A stretch of 64,000 nucleotides of DNA from Bacteroidota bacterium (GTDB lineage: Bacteria; Bacteroidota; Bacteroidia; J057; JADKCL01), in assembly GCA_031424495.1 (NCBI GenBank), contig JANPHP010000034.1:28804-92803 (forward strand). Direction: 5' to 3'. Within the stretch, counting starts at the first letter, position 1. Every line of letters begins with the position of its first letter. Below are positions 1-9,332 of this stretch, piece after piece. The translations under genes were made by a program, and so were the position numbers. Below the pieces are notes generated by a model. The model was given only the letters and a program-made list of their open reading frames with translations, was not told where the DNA came from and made no database searches.

Positions 1-11
1 ATTGTCCATTA

Positions 12-1280
12 TCAATTTGGTTTCATCACCTTGCCCATGAACAAGATGCTCCTGCTGGCGTTGTGCTGGATCATGAAGATGAAGGGGTGATCGGCGCGGA
101 AGTTCATGATAGGAGCTGGATCTTCGATGATTGCGCTGGTTTCTCTCACAATCACGGCCGTGGCTGCTGCCGCCTCGGTGCCCTCCTCATTGACCTCGAC
201 AAATGCCTTGTGGATCACATCGCTCACAGCAAAGCTGCCCCCGCCCAAAAACATGCGCGAGAAGTCGGCCTCGGCAAAGAGTCCCCCCAGGCCCATGGCC
301 TCAAGGGAGGGCTTGATGGAGCCGCCGAGCTCCATTTTGAAACGTGGCAGCCATACATTGACCTGCTGGTATCGCATTGCATTGCTGATTTCTGCCCAGC
401 GATCGGCGCTCAATTCCTTTTCCATTTTGGACATCGGGCCACTACCGGGCAGCAAGACGACCATCGAGAGGTCGTCGCCCTTGTAGGGCAATTGTAGCGC
501 TTGGAAGCCGTCCATCTCGACATAACGCAGCTTGTCTTCTGCAGCTGGCCGATACATCAAAGGCGCCTGCACCGATGCGTCACTGCCATCCTGCAAGTAA
601 AAAGGCAATTCTTGGGTGAGCTTTTTGTCGAATTCCAGCTTCCACTTGCCTTTGAAAAAAATCGCATTGGTGAGGACCATGCGCGTGTCGCTGCCGACAG
701 CGCCTGCGGGGATCAGGTTTTTGATGCGTTTGTTGGTTTGCTGCTCTACCCATGCATTGATTTTGAGGCGGGATTCCTCGCTTTTTTGGGCGAAGTCCAG
801 CGGGACAGACTCGCCATGGTAGGCTTTTTTGATAGTCGCGACAAACTCAGGATTGAGTTGCGCAGTTTTTTCGGGCCAGATGGCATTGGCGACAGCGAGC
901 GCGTAGGGAGCATCGGCGCGAGACAACGCTTGGGAAAGCTCGGCCAAGCCAGCGTGCAGGACGGCGGCCTCGGGTAGCCCGAGGGCCTTGCTGAGCAGTT
1001 CGAGCGTGCTGCCTGCCGCGCCCTCGCTGGTCATGGACAGGGCCGCCCACACGCTAAAAGGTGACATGAACTGGTTGGCGGCTGGTTTTTGAGCGGCCAT
1101 CTTTTGGTAAAGCTGGAAACCAAATTGGTTGCTGGCGCCTGCGACGGATTCGAGCGGGGTCGATTTGGGATTGATCACGAGCCGACAGGCGCTGACCCGC
1201 AGGGGTAACAGCAAGCACAATGCAGGGATCAGAAGCAGCAGGAAGCGCTTGGAGAGCTGAAGGATGGAATTTGGTTTCAT
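12..1280 (-). CDS. Serpin family protease inhibitor (secreted)
   Basis: 428-aa ORF with N-terminal signal-like segment and C-terminal serpin signature FRADHPFIFMI plus reactive-centre-loop hinge GTEAAAATA. First ATG is at 1280; the track start at 1298 is a TTG. Confidence 0.8.
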   Translation of the reverse strand: MKPNSILQLSKRFLLLLIPALCLLLPLRVSACRLVINPKSTPLESVAGASNQFGFQLYQKMAAQKPAANQFMSPFSVWAALSMTSEGAAGSTLELLSKALGLPEAAVLHAGLAELSQALSRADAPYALAVANAIWPEKTAQLNPEFVATIKKAYHGESVPLDFAQKSEESRLKINAWVEQQTNKRIKNLIPAGAVGSDTRMVLTNAIFFKGKWKLEFDKKLTQELPFYLQDGSDASVQAPLMYRPAAEDKLRYVEMDGFQALQLPYKGDDLSMVVLLPGSGPMSKMEKELSADRWAEISNAMRYQQVNVWLPRFKMELGGSIKPSLEAMGLGGLFAEADFSRMFLGGGSFAVSDVIHKAFVEVNEEGTEAAAATAVIVRETSAIIEDPAPIMNFRADHPFIFMIQHNASRSILFMGKVMKPN

Positions 1281-1612
1281 AAAGCTTTGATTTTTCAATG
1301 GGGTATCAAAATCTGATTTGGCCTAGTGGTGCTGCGCTGCACCAAATTGCACAAATGCTGGATCGCTTTTTTTCGTCCGATCACAAATCGCCCGATGTGA
1401 ATGATCTGCGCAATCCAATTGTCCTGACATTCAATGCTGCACAAAATACATCGCCTCAGCAAGCGCCGCCAACTGCCAATTGTGGAAAACTCTGCCCGCC
1501 CTATCGGCGACACACCTCAAGCAAGACTTGTGGGAAATGGCGTTGGCATATTGTAAAACAACCCTTTAGATTTATCACCGTAGAAGACCGTGGTTTTTAT
1601 CCTCGTATTGTT

Positions 1613-2194
1613 ATGCACAATTCATCATCACGCATCTGGATGTTTGCTCTGCTTGCGGGCTTGTTCATGGCGGGTTGCACGCCCCACAAGGTGACGGCAG
1701 ACCGCTACAAATACTTGATCAAGGAGACGCCCGAGGACCATGTGGCCACCGAGACCAAGTCTGAAAATGACCTGATCAAAGACAAGGTGATCAGCATGAA
1801 TCTTGGCGAAAAGCTTGTGCCCGTGCTCATCGAAGCCAAGGATTACCTGGGCACGCCCTACCGCTATGGCGGCAAGAGCAAGGCCGGCATCGATTGCTCG
1901 GGCCTCACGTGCGTGTGCTATGAGAAGGCGGGCATCGCCCTGCCGCGCAGCGCCGCCGACCAAAGCCAATATGGCGATGAGGTGAAGCGCAAGGATTTGC
2001 GGGTGGGAGACTTGGTGTTTTTTGATGCCAAAAGCACGGGCAAGATCGACCACGTGGGCATGGTAACCAAAGCCGAAGGCGACAATGTCATCTTCATTCA
2101 CTCCTCGACGAGCAAAGGCGTGCGTTATGACTACCTCAATGAAGGCTACTGGACCGATAGACTGGTGGAAGCGCGGCGCGTGGCGGTGAAATGA
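1613..2194 (+). CDS. NlpC/P60 (C40) peptidase lipoprotein
   Basis: Internal ATG at 1613 begins a lipoprotein-type signal (MFALLAGLFMAGC). C-terminal NlpC/P60 block has Cys (IDCSGL) and His (DHVGMV) motifs. Upstream part of the track ORF has no homology signal. Confidence 0.75.
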   Translation: MHNSSSRIWMFALLAGLFMAGCTPHKVTADRYKYLIKETPEDHVATETKSENDLIKDKVISMNLGEKLVPVLIEAKDYLGTPYRYGGKSKAGIDCSGLTCVCYEKAGIALPRSAADQSQYGDEVKRKDLRVGDLVFFDAKSTGKIDHVGMVTKAEGDNVIFIHSSTSKGVRYDYLNEGYWTDRLVEARRVAVK

Positions 2195-2298
2195 AGGCTT
2201 GGGAAGGTGGTAGGGAGTAGGGGGCAGGTAGCAGTTGTTGGGCTGGATAGTACCATGACTGCCCATTGTCAATTATCCATTGTCAATTGTCAATTAAT

Positions 2299-2658
2299 TC
2301 AAACCAGCTTGGCAAGTGCTGCTTTGAGATGGGCCAAGATCGCCTGGCCCACGGCGATGGCCTCGGCGACCATGGTGGGCAATTGGTCGAGGTCTTTGAG
2401 CTCCATGGCGGCGTGCTCGATGTCTCGCAACCGATTTTTCATGTCGTCGAGACTCAGGTAGGCAAATGTGCTTTTGGCTTTGTGGGCAGCCGACTTGAGA
2501 GCGGGCCAATCTTGTGCTGTGCAAAAGTTGTCCATGTTGGTGAAGGCCTCTGGGAGTGCCTTGCACATCTTGGATAGCAGCGCCATCACAAACATCTCAT
2601 CACCGCCGGCAATGGCGTACAAGTTGCTGAGATCTATGTTTCCTTGTTCTTCGCCCAC
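2299..2658 (-). CDS. Standalone Hpt (histidine phosphotransfer) domain protein
   Basis: 119 aa, conserved HKAKS phospho-His motif inside a helical bundle-like sequence. Confidence 0.65.
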   Translation of the reverse strand: MGEEQGNIDLSNLYAIAGGDEMFVMALLSKMCKALPEAFTNMDNFCTAQDWPALKSAAHKAKSTFAYLSLDDMKNRLRDIEHAAMELKDLDQLPTMVAEAIAVGQAILAHLKAALAKLV

Positions 2659-2888
2659 GCGTGCAATGTAGTTGAGTCAATGATTGCTCACAGACCCAAA
2701 GTAAACAATTTAAAAAGAAGCCAAGGGTGAAAGTGCAAACTTGGGAAAAATAATGTGGCTTTTCAAAATATTGAACGAAAACCACTGGCCGAAAGGCCAA
2801 ATGCAAGTGAATATTTGTTTCTGTGCCATGCTACCTAAAGGGCGACACAAGCGGCCCGCTGCGCGGGCGGCACCCCGCAAGACAGCGA

Positions 2889-2916
2889 TCCCGCACAGGC
2901 CAAGGTCTGTGCGGGA
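2889..2916. terminator. GC-rich perfect hairpin (cccgcacag..ctgtgcggg) between convergent/co-directional genes
   Basis: Perfect 9-bp inverted repeat with 8-nt loop directly downstream of the SPFH gene stop on the minus strand. Confidence 0.5.
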
Positions 2917-2985
2917 GGCACCCACTCACGCAAAAAAGGCCATCCGCTCACGCAGACAGCCTTTTCCATATTCAGTGCGGGCAGC

Positions 2986-4002
2986 TTAGAGCTTGGCCAA
3001 CAGTTCTTTTTTCTTCTCGTTGAATTCTTCCTCGGTCAAAACTCCTGCGGCTTTCAATTCGGCAAGGTCCTTCAAGGTCTTCATGATATCGTCCTTGCTC
3101 TGCGGAGCAGGCGTATTCTGATTGCTTTGGGTATTTTGCTGATTTTGCTGCTGCTGCGACATGTTTTGCATCATCATGTTCGCCATCATCATGCCGGTCA
3201 TGTCCATGCCTGTGCCGCCGTTTTTGGCAGCGTCTTCCATGGCTTTGGCCTGCTGGAATTGCTGGAACTTGTTCAGGTCGCCGACCATGTTCATCTGCGT
3301 GTTTTTGCGCAGGAACTCATTGACTTCTGGAGGCAGGGTGATGCTCTGGATCTGGAAGTCGGTGATGTCGAGGCCAAACTGTGTGAAGTACTCCTGGATG
3401 CGGGGCATCAGGGCCTTGGTAAATTCGGTTTTTTGGGCTTGCAGCTGAATGAAGGACAGGCCCTGCTCAGCCATCTCGGCGACCACTTCTGTGAAGCGGT
3501 CCACGATCTTGCCCCTGAGGGTGCCTTCGAGTTCGCTCACTTGCACGTTGGGGTCGGTGCCTGCAAATTCCTTGAAGAACTTGCCTGCGTCCATGACGCG
3601 AAAGTTGAATGCGCCAAATGCCCTGATCTCCACCTGGCCAAACTTGCTGTCGGCGATGTAGACGGGTGTGGGCGTGCCCCACTTGAGATCTGTAAACTGG
3701 CGGGTATTGACGTAATAGATGTCGACCTTGAAGGGTGACTCAAAGCCATATTTCCATGACCTGAGCGAGGTCATGATGGGCATGTTGCGGGTGGTGAGCT
3801 CGTAACGGCCGGGCTGGAAGATGTCGGCTGCCGAACCTTCGTTGATCATCAGGGCGACCTGGGACTCACGCACGGTGAGTTGTGCACCCATTTTCACTTC
3901 CTTGTCTTGGTCAGGAAACTTGTAGATGATCGTGTCGCGAGAGGCATCTACCCACTCGATGACATCGATAAACTGGCCGCGGATAAAGTCAAAAAGTCCC
4001 AT
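2986..4002 (-). CDS. SPFH/band-7 domain protein with C-terminal SHOCT domain
   Basis: Start at internal MGLFDFIRGQF, which is the typical N-terminus of this family. Q/N/M-rich linker, then C-terminal SHOCT-like KDLAELKAAGVLTEEEFNEKKKELLAKL. Confidence 0.7.
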   Translation of the reverse strand: MGLFDFIRGQFIDVIEWVDASRDTIIYKFPDQDKEVKMGAQLTVRESQVALMINEGSAADIFQPGRYELTTRNMPIMTSLRSWKYGFESPFKVDIYYVNTRQFTDLKWGTPTPVYIADSKFGQVEIRAFGAFNFRVMDAGKFFKEFAGTDPNVQVSELEGTLRGKIVDRFTEVVAEMAEQGLSFIQLQAQKTEFTKALMPRIQEYFTQFGLDITDFQIQSITLPPEVNEFLRKNTQMNMVGDLNKFQQFQQAKAMEDAAKNGGTGMDMTGMMMANMMMQNMSQQQQNQQNTQSNQNTPAPQSKDDIMKTLKDLAELKAAGVLTEEEFNEKKKELLAKL

Positions 4003-4039
4003 AATGAATTCGGTATCTGAGTCTAATGTGATTGCAAAT

Positions 4040-4570
4040 TTATGAAAAAGCTGAAGCTTTTGATTTCTCTTTTTTCCAAAGGGGCACTGTGGAGCAAGGC
4101 TCGCCATACATGAGTTTGTCGGCGATGGCCCGCAAGCGCACGATGAAGTCTACAAATGTGGCTTGGGGAATCTCGATATCGCCGCAACCTTTCACGACGA
4201 TTTTTTTACCCTCGAGTTGCTGATAGTCGATGCGGTCCAGTGCTTTGTGCCAGATGGCGATTTCCAAATCTTCACGGCTACCAAATACGATGGTGCTGGC
4301 AAAAGGTTGGAGTTGGATGGCGAGCAGCATGTAGGCCCAGCCGGGAATGATGGCATCGGCGCTGCAGTGCAGGTGCACATGCTGCCCCTGGTACTGCGCC
4401 CAGTCGACCGACTCGAGCCAGCCTCGGTAGTCGCCCTCCTTCAAGATCATGCACATAAACAGGCGCTCTGCGATGTCGATCCCGACACGGGGCGCGGGGT
4501 CATGGTAGTCTGCGAGGTCAAAGGAGACGAGCGGACTCAGGGCGACTTTGTTGACGATGTCTTTTTCCAT
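4040..4570 (-). CDS. Conserved hypothetical protein
   Basis: 176-aa ORF with coding-like composition and no antisense competitor of equal quality. Function not recognisable. Confidence 0.5.
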   Translation of the reverse strand: MEKDIVNKVALSPLVSFDLADYHDPAPRVGIDIAERLFMCMILKEGDYRGWLESVDWAQYQGQHVHLHCSADAIIPGWAYMLLAIQLQPFASTIVFGSREDLEIAIWHKALDRIDYQQLEGKKIVVKGCGDIEIPQATFVDFIVRLRAIADKLMYGEPCSTVPLWKKEKSKASAFS

Positions 4571-4928
4571 GGGGTAGATCAGCGATTAAGATAAGGAATT
4601 GCTGGGTGAATGTGAAAACGAACGGGCGGGGTTTTGGTTTTTTGTTTTTCGGGGGATGTTACCAATGAGCCCATAGTCATGCAAACCCTGCATCCCAGGT
4701 GCCATCGGCGCAACCATCCTCACGATAAGGGAAAGTCATCTACACGTATCACGTGAAGGCAGCTACCCAATAATCGTATGCAATTCCCCTGGAAGCAGGC
4801 AGGCTCCTCAGGCCGATGGCGGCCCATCTTTGTCATGGCGGCGCACAAGATCTAGCTCGCGTGCAATGCTGGGAGAATGCTGAAAATCCCTTTTTGAGAG
4901 TAGGCGCATTTTAAGAAATACAAAAATC

Positions 4929-5363
4929 ATGTCTCTGAATCTTCTCGTACCAGCCCCGATCAATGGTGTACAAAATGTACAGGACCCAAGTGGCAACGTC
5001 AGCGGATTGGCGCTCGGCAAGGAAATGACCACGGTCTTGGGTAGGGATCGTGTAGGCGGCACCCTGCCACTCGTCGTCACGGGCCTTGTACAGCCAGCCG
5101 ATTTCGACCAAAACAAGACTTGGGGCCGTGTGGTGCGCCTACGCGCAAACGACAACACCAGCTTTTACGACATCGGCATCGACAAAACCGGCAACCTGTT
5201 CATCAACTCCGTGAGTTCGACCAAAGATGTGCACGTCCTCACGATCACCCCTGCGGGTGGGCTCATCTTGAACATGGCTGGCATCACATTGCCCCCCAAT
5301 GGCATCGGAACCGTGGATTTGTGCGTGGACAAGACCAATGGTCGCGTGTATCGCCAAGGCTAA
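4929..5363 (+). CDS. Hypothetical protein
   Basis: 144-aa ORF followed 40 nt downstream by a strong rho-independent terminator. The overlapping minus ORF is Arg-rich junk. Confidence 0.45.
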   Translation: MSLNLLVPAPINGVQNVQDPSGNVSGLALGKEMTTVLGRDRVGGTLPLVVTGLVQPADFDQNKTWGRVVRLRANDNTSFYDIGIDKTGNLFINSVSSTKDVHVLTITPAGGLILNMAGITLPPNGIGTVDLCVDKTNGRVYRQG

Positions 5364-5404
5364 GCACACGCAAGACGCTTGTGGATACAGGCGCAGCATG
5401 CAAG

Positions 5405-5437
5405 AAAAAGGGCGGCTCTCGGAGCCGCCCTTTTTGA
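5405..5437. terminator. Bidirectional rho-independent terminator
   Basis: aagggcggctctcggagccgcccttttt: 9-bp GC stem with T-run on plus and A-run on minus. Sits between convergent genes. Confidence 0.75.
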
Positions 5438-5501
5438 TTGCTGTACAAGTGATTTGGTGGCTTGGAGATGTATTGAGCTACTCCGAGCAAACCCGGCAAC
5501 C

Positions 5502-6191
5502 CTATTCCCCACCCTCTTCAAAACTCCGCTTCCCAAAGGTAAAACCCAGCCCGACATTCAGCCCGATTTGGTGAATGGTGGATCCACGGTCAAAACCATG
5601 CGGTGGGTAGCCACGGTCATAGCGCAGCAGAAATGCAGTGTAGTTGGTTTCAAGGCTCAACTGCATATGTCTGAGAAAGGTGTACTCTGCCCGAAAGCCA
5701 GCCTGTAGCCCCAGGTCGCGCAAAACATGTGCTTTGGTCAGGATTTCAAACCATCTTGGGTAAGCCCAAACGATTTCCTCCTCGCCCCCTCTGAAAACCA
5801 GACCACCGACCGCGCTCAGCGAGAAACGGGGCTTGGATACCAAGCGTCGTCCATAATTCAACCGAATCTGATTGACATCTCGATTAAAAACCTTCCCGGG
5901 CTGCACTCTGGAATTCTCTGAATAACGTGCATAAAAGCGCGTTGCAGACAGTGACAAGCTGTGCGTATTCTGAAATGTTACAGAATATCCGATCCCGAGA
6001 CCCATTGCAAAGCTTTTCCGAGCAAGCGAGTAGCGAACCTTTACTTCTGAGCCGTCCAGAAAGTGATAATAGGGCAATATAAACTCAATGGAGTGCTTCG
6101 TTTTGGCCTCTTGAGCAAAAATCTTGTTGGGGAAGGCAACCATCCCCAACAAGATCAGCAATAGTGCTAGGATGTCAATTCTGCTTTTCAT
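5502..6191 (-). CDS. Outer-membrane beta-barrel protein (paralog 1 of tandem pair)
   Basis: Signal peptide MKSRIDILALLLILLGMVAFPNKIFAQ, alternating hydrophobic beta-strand pattern, C-terminal ...GLGFTFGKRSF. About 60% identical to the next gene. Confidence 0.7.
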   Translation of the reverse strand: MKSRIDILALLLILLGMVAFPNKIFAQEAKTKHSIEFILPYYHFLDGSEVKVRYSLARKSFAMGLGIGYSVTFQNTHSLSLSATRFYARYSENSRVQPGKVFNRDVNQIRLNYGRRLVSKPRFSLSAVGGLVFRGGEEEIVWAYPRWFEILTKAHVLRDLGLQAGFRAEYTFLRHMQLSLETNYTAFLLRYDRGYPPHGFDRGSTIHQIGLNVGLGFTFGKRSFEEGGE

Positions 6192-6894
6192 CGTTTTCAA
6201 ATGTGCGCTTTCCAAATGTAAAACCAATCCCGACATTCAGCCCGATTTGGTGAATGGTGGATCCACGGTCAAAACCATGCGGTGGGTAGCCCCGGTCAAA
6301 GCGCAGCAGAAATGCAGTGTAGTTGGTTTCCAGGCTCAGATCAAAATGTTTCAAAAAGTAATAGTCAGCTCGCAAGCCAATATGGATACCACTATCCTTG
6401 AGCAAATGAGATCTCGTTACAATTTCAAACCATCTCGGATAACCCAAAACAATCTGCTCTGACCCACGACGAGAAGTAATTCCGCCCAAGGCAGCCAAGC
6501 TGAGTCGATTCCTTTGCAGAAAATGATAGTGGTAGGCAAGATTGGCGAGGTTGGTTTCCCGCTGCCTTATTTCCCCTGGTGGAACTGGGTTCCTTTTATA
6601 ATAGCCAGCATCAAACAATGAGGCGGACAGTGAAATGGAATGCCTCGTTTTAAAATGAATAGCATACCGAATGCCTCTCCCAAGTGCCTCGGCCGTTCGC
6701 GATGTAGAATAAACACCCTTCATTGCGCTACCATCGAGAAATTGATAGTATGGCAAATACAACTCTATTTGATGTGCCACCCTGGAATTCTGGGCACTGC
6801 TAATTGTAGGGAGCGCAAAGCCCCCTGCAATTAGAATCAGTATCCAGGCAAGGTTATTCCTGCTTGACAAACTTCGTCGTCGCGATTTTTCCAT
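6175..6894 (-). CDS. Outer-membrane beta-barrel protein (paralog 2 of tandem pair)
   Basis: Signal peptide, same architecture and C-terminal motif YDRGYPPHGFDRGSTIHQIGLNVG shared with paralog 1. A ~110-bp nucleotide block is nearly identical between the two genes. Confidence 0.7.
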   Translation of the reverse strand: MEKSRRRSLSSRNNLAWILILIAGGFALPTISSAQNSRVAHQIELYLPYYQFLDGSAMKGVYSTSRTAEALGRGIRYAIHFKTRHSISLSASLFDAGYYKRNPVPPGEIRQRETNLANLAYHYHFLQRNRLSLAALGGITSRRGSEQIVLGYPRWFEIVTRSHLLKDSGIHIGLRADYYFLKHFDLSLETNYTAFLLRFDRGYPPHGFDRGSTIHQIGLNVGIGFTFGKRTFENDEKQN

Positions 6895-6958
6895 TCCTGA
6901 GGGCCTACAGGCAATACGTCACCTCAAAAAGCCGCCGTCAAGATGGATGATGCCCCCC

Positions 6959-8170
6959 TCACCCAGGCCACTCACCCGTCTCCGACTGCAGCCGAGCCAT
7001 CTCTTCATAGTCGGGCGCTTCAGAAAACTTGAAGTGCGGGTACTTGTCTTTGTACTCCTGACGCACGAGCGCCAAGATCTGCGTCTTGAGCGCGTCGATG
7101 TTGAGGTTGGAGCTGGCCGAGACAAAGATCGCAGGCGCGTTTTCACGGGCGATCCAGGTCTTTTCCAGCGTGTCGCGCTCCTCGGGGCTCAGGCGGTCGA
7201 TCTTGTTGAAGACGACGATGGTCGGCTTCTGATTCACGTCGAGGCCGGCGAGCGTTTCATTCACGACTTGGAGCTGCTCCTCAAATGCCGGATGGCTCAT
7301 GTCGCAGACGTGCAGCAGGATGTCGCTCTCGCGCACCTCGTCGAGGGTGCTCTTGAAGCACTCGATGAGGTCGTGGGGCAATTTGCGCAGGAAACCGACG
7401 GTATCGCTGAGCAAAAAGGGCACTTGCTGCAAAACCACCTTGCGCACGGTCGTGTCCAGGGTCGCGAAGAGCTTGTCCTCGGCAAGCACATCGCTTTTGG
7501 AGAGGCGGTTCATGAGCGTGCTCTTGCCCGCATTGGTATAACCCACGAGGGCGATGCGCACCATCTCGCCGCGGTGCTTGCGGCGGGTCTGGTTTTGCTG
7601 GTCGATCTTGATCAAGTCCTTTTTGAGCAAGTCGATCTTGTCGCGGATGATGCGTCGGTCGGTCTCGATTTCCTTCTCCCCCGCGCCTTTCATGCCGATG
7701 CCACCCTTTTGCTTGCTCAAGTGCGTCCACAGACCCGAGAGTCGTGGCAGCAAATATTGCAATTGCGCGAGCTCGACTTGCGCCTTGGCTTGCGCAGAGC
7801 GGGCACGCTCTGAGAAGATGTGCAAGATGATCGCGCTTCGGTCGAGCACCTTCACCTCCAGTTCACGGTCGATGTTGCGCACCTGCGAGGGCGTGAGGTC
7901 GTCGTCAAAGACGACGAGGTCGATCTTGTGCAAATCCACATAAGCCTTGATCTCGGCAAGCTTGCCCTTGCCGACATAAGTCCCCGAGTGTACACGATCC
8001 ATTTTTTGCAAAAACACTGCAAATGTGGCGGCTCCGGCCGTCTTGGTGAGCAATTGCAGCTCCTCAAGATACTCCTCAGCCTTTTCCTTGGTCACCTCGC
8101 GGTTGTACACCCCTACCAAAATGGCCTTCTCCTGACCCACGTACGCTACCTGACTATCTAATGCTATCAT
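6959..8170 (-). CDS. hflX: GTPase HflX
   Basis: HflX N-terminal domain followed by G domain: G1 GYTNAGKST, G3 DTVGF, G4 NKID. Confidence 0.9.
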   Translation of the reverse strand: MIALDSQVAYVGQEKAILVGVYNREVTKEKAEEYLEELQLLTKTAGAATFAVFLQKMDRVHSGTYVGKGKLAEIKAYVDLHKIDLVVFDDDLTPSQVRNIDRELEVKVLDRSAIILHIFSERARSAQAKAQVELAQLQYLLPRLSGLWTHLSKQKGGIGMKGAGEKEIETDRRIIRDKIDLLKKDLIKIDQQNQTRRKHRGEMVRIALVGYTNAGKSTLMNRLSKSDVLAEDKLFATLDTTVRKVVLQQVPFLLSDTVGFLRKLPHDLIECFKSTLDEVRESDILLHVCDMSHPAFEEQLQVVNETLAGLDVNQKPTIVVFNKIDRLSPEERDTLEKTWIARENAPAIFVSASSNLNIDALKTQILALVRQEYKDKYPHFKFSEAPDYEEMARLQSETGEWPG

Positions 8171-8354
8171 ATTTATTGGGCTCCTTGACCCGCGGTTTGG
8201 TAGCGAGAGCGCTACAACTATGGCAAATATCCACTGAATTGACGAAAAAATACTACCTTTACTTTTAGGTTAGTATGAGGTAAGAGTCATCTCGCCCAAA
8301 TGATGGATCGTTTGGAGGGATTATTTGGGTTCTGCTGCATCTAGGTGCAGTTGT

Positions 8355-9155
8355 ATGAGATCAACATTGGATAAATTGAACTTGACAGGAAAGCCCCTCA
8401 AGGGTACCAAAGCACTCGCGGATTCGAAGAAAAAGTCGCAACCCGCGCCCTTGCTCCCCTTTGAAGTGATTGTGATGGCTGGTGGCAAAGGCGAACGCCT
8501 GAGTCCCCTGACCGACAACCTGCCCAAGCCGCTGGTACAGATCGGCAAGCGTCCCATCGTTGAGTACAGCATCATGCGCCTCAAAAAAGCTGGGGCGAGA
8601 CATTTTACATTTTGCGTCAATCATTTTGCCGAACAGATCAGCGACTACTTTGGCGACGGATCGGAGCACGGCTTACAATTCGAATACCTTTATGAGCCCA
8701 AGCCGCTCGGCACGGTCGGCGGGGTAGCGCTCAAGGAAGAATTTGTCTACAACGACCTTTTGGTGATCAATGGCGACCTGCTCACCACGATCAACTTTGA
8801 AAAATTCTTCGCTTTTTTTGTCGAGGAAGACGCAGACATGGCCGTGGCTACCATTCCCTACCGCATCAACCTGCCCTATGGCATCGTCGAGGTGGATGAG
8901 CAACACTGCATCAACTCAATCAAAGAAAAGCCGACATTCACCTACCACATCAACTGCGGCATCTATTTCGTGCGCCGCGAATTGCTGGAACTCATCCCCA
9001 AGCACAAGCGTTTTGATGCCATCGAGCTGATCGAAACTGCAATGCGCAACGGCAAAAAAGTTGCTTCCTTCCCTGTCCTCGAATATTGGATCGACATCGG
9101 CAAGATGGATGATTACCTCAAGGCACAGGAAGACGTGCAATTCCTCGATTTGTAG
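8355..9155 (+). CDS. Sugar-phosphate nucleotidyltransferase (NTP_transferase family)
   Basis: VIVMAGGKGERLSPLT...KPLV glycine-rich nucleotide-binding loop and LGTVGG motif. Start codon uncertain (8325-8475). Confidence 0.7.
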   Translation: MRSTLDKLNLTGKPLKGTKALADSKKKSQPAPLLPFEVIVMAGGKGERLSPLTDNLPKPLVQIGKRPIVEYSIMRLKKAGARHFTFCVNHFAEQISDYFGDGSEHGLQFEYLYEPKPLGTVGGVALKEEFVYNDLLVINGDLLTTINFEKFFAFFVEEDADMAVATIPYRINLPYGIVEVDEQHCINSIKEKPTFTYHINCGIYFVRRELLELIPKHKRFDAIELIETAMRNGKKVASFPVLEYWIDIGKMDDYLKAQEDVQFLDL

Positions 9156-9332
9156 CCCTCAAGCTTTTTGTTTTTTTTTAACAATCCCTGCTTCCCTAGG
9201 CAGCAAGCTTGCTTTTGCCCATGCTTTTCGCAGGCACAAGGCAGGTTTCGTCGATATTCTTCAAGTATCGACCATAACAAGCTGCGCGTTCCATGCGTTT
9301 AAACGATAACTTAGGGAAACATAAGATAGAGG

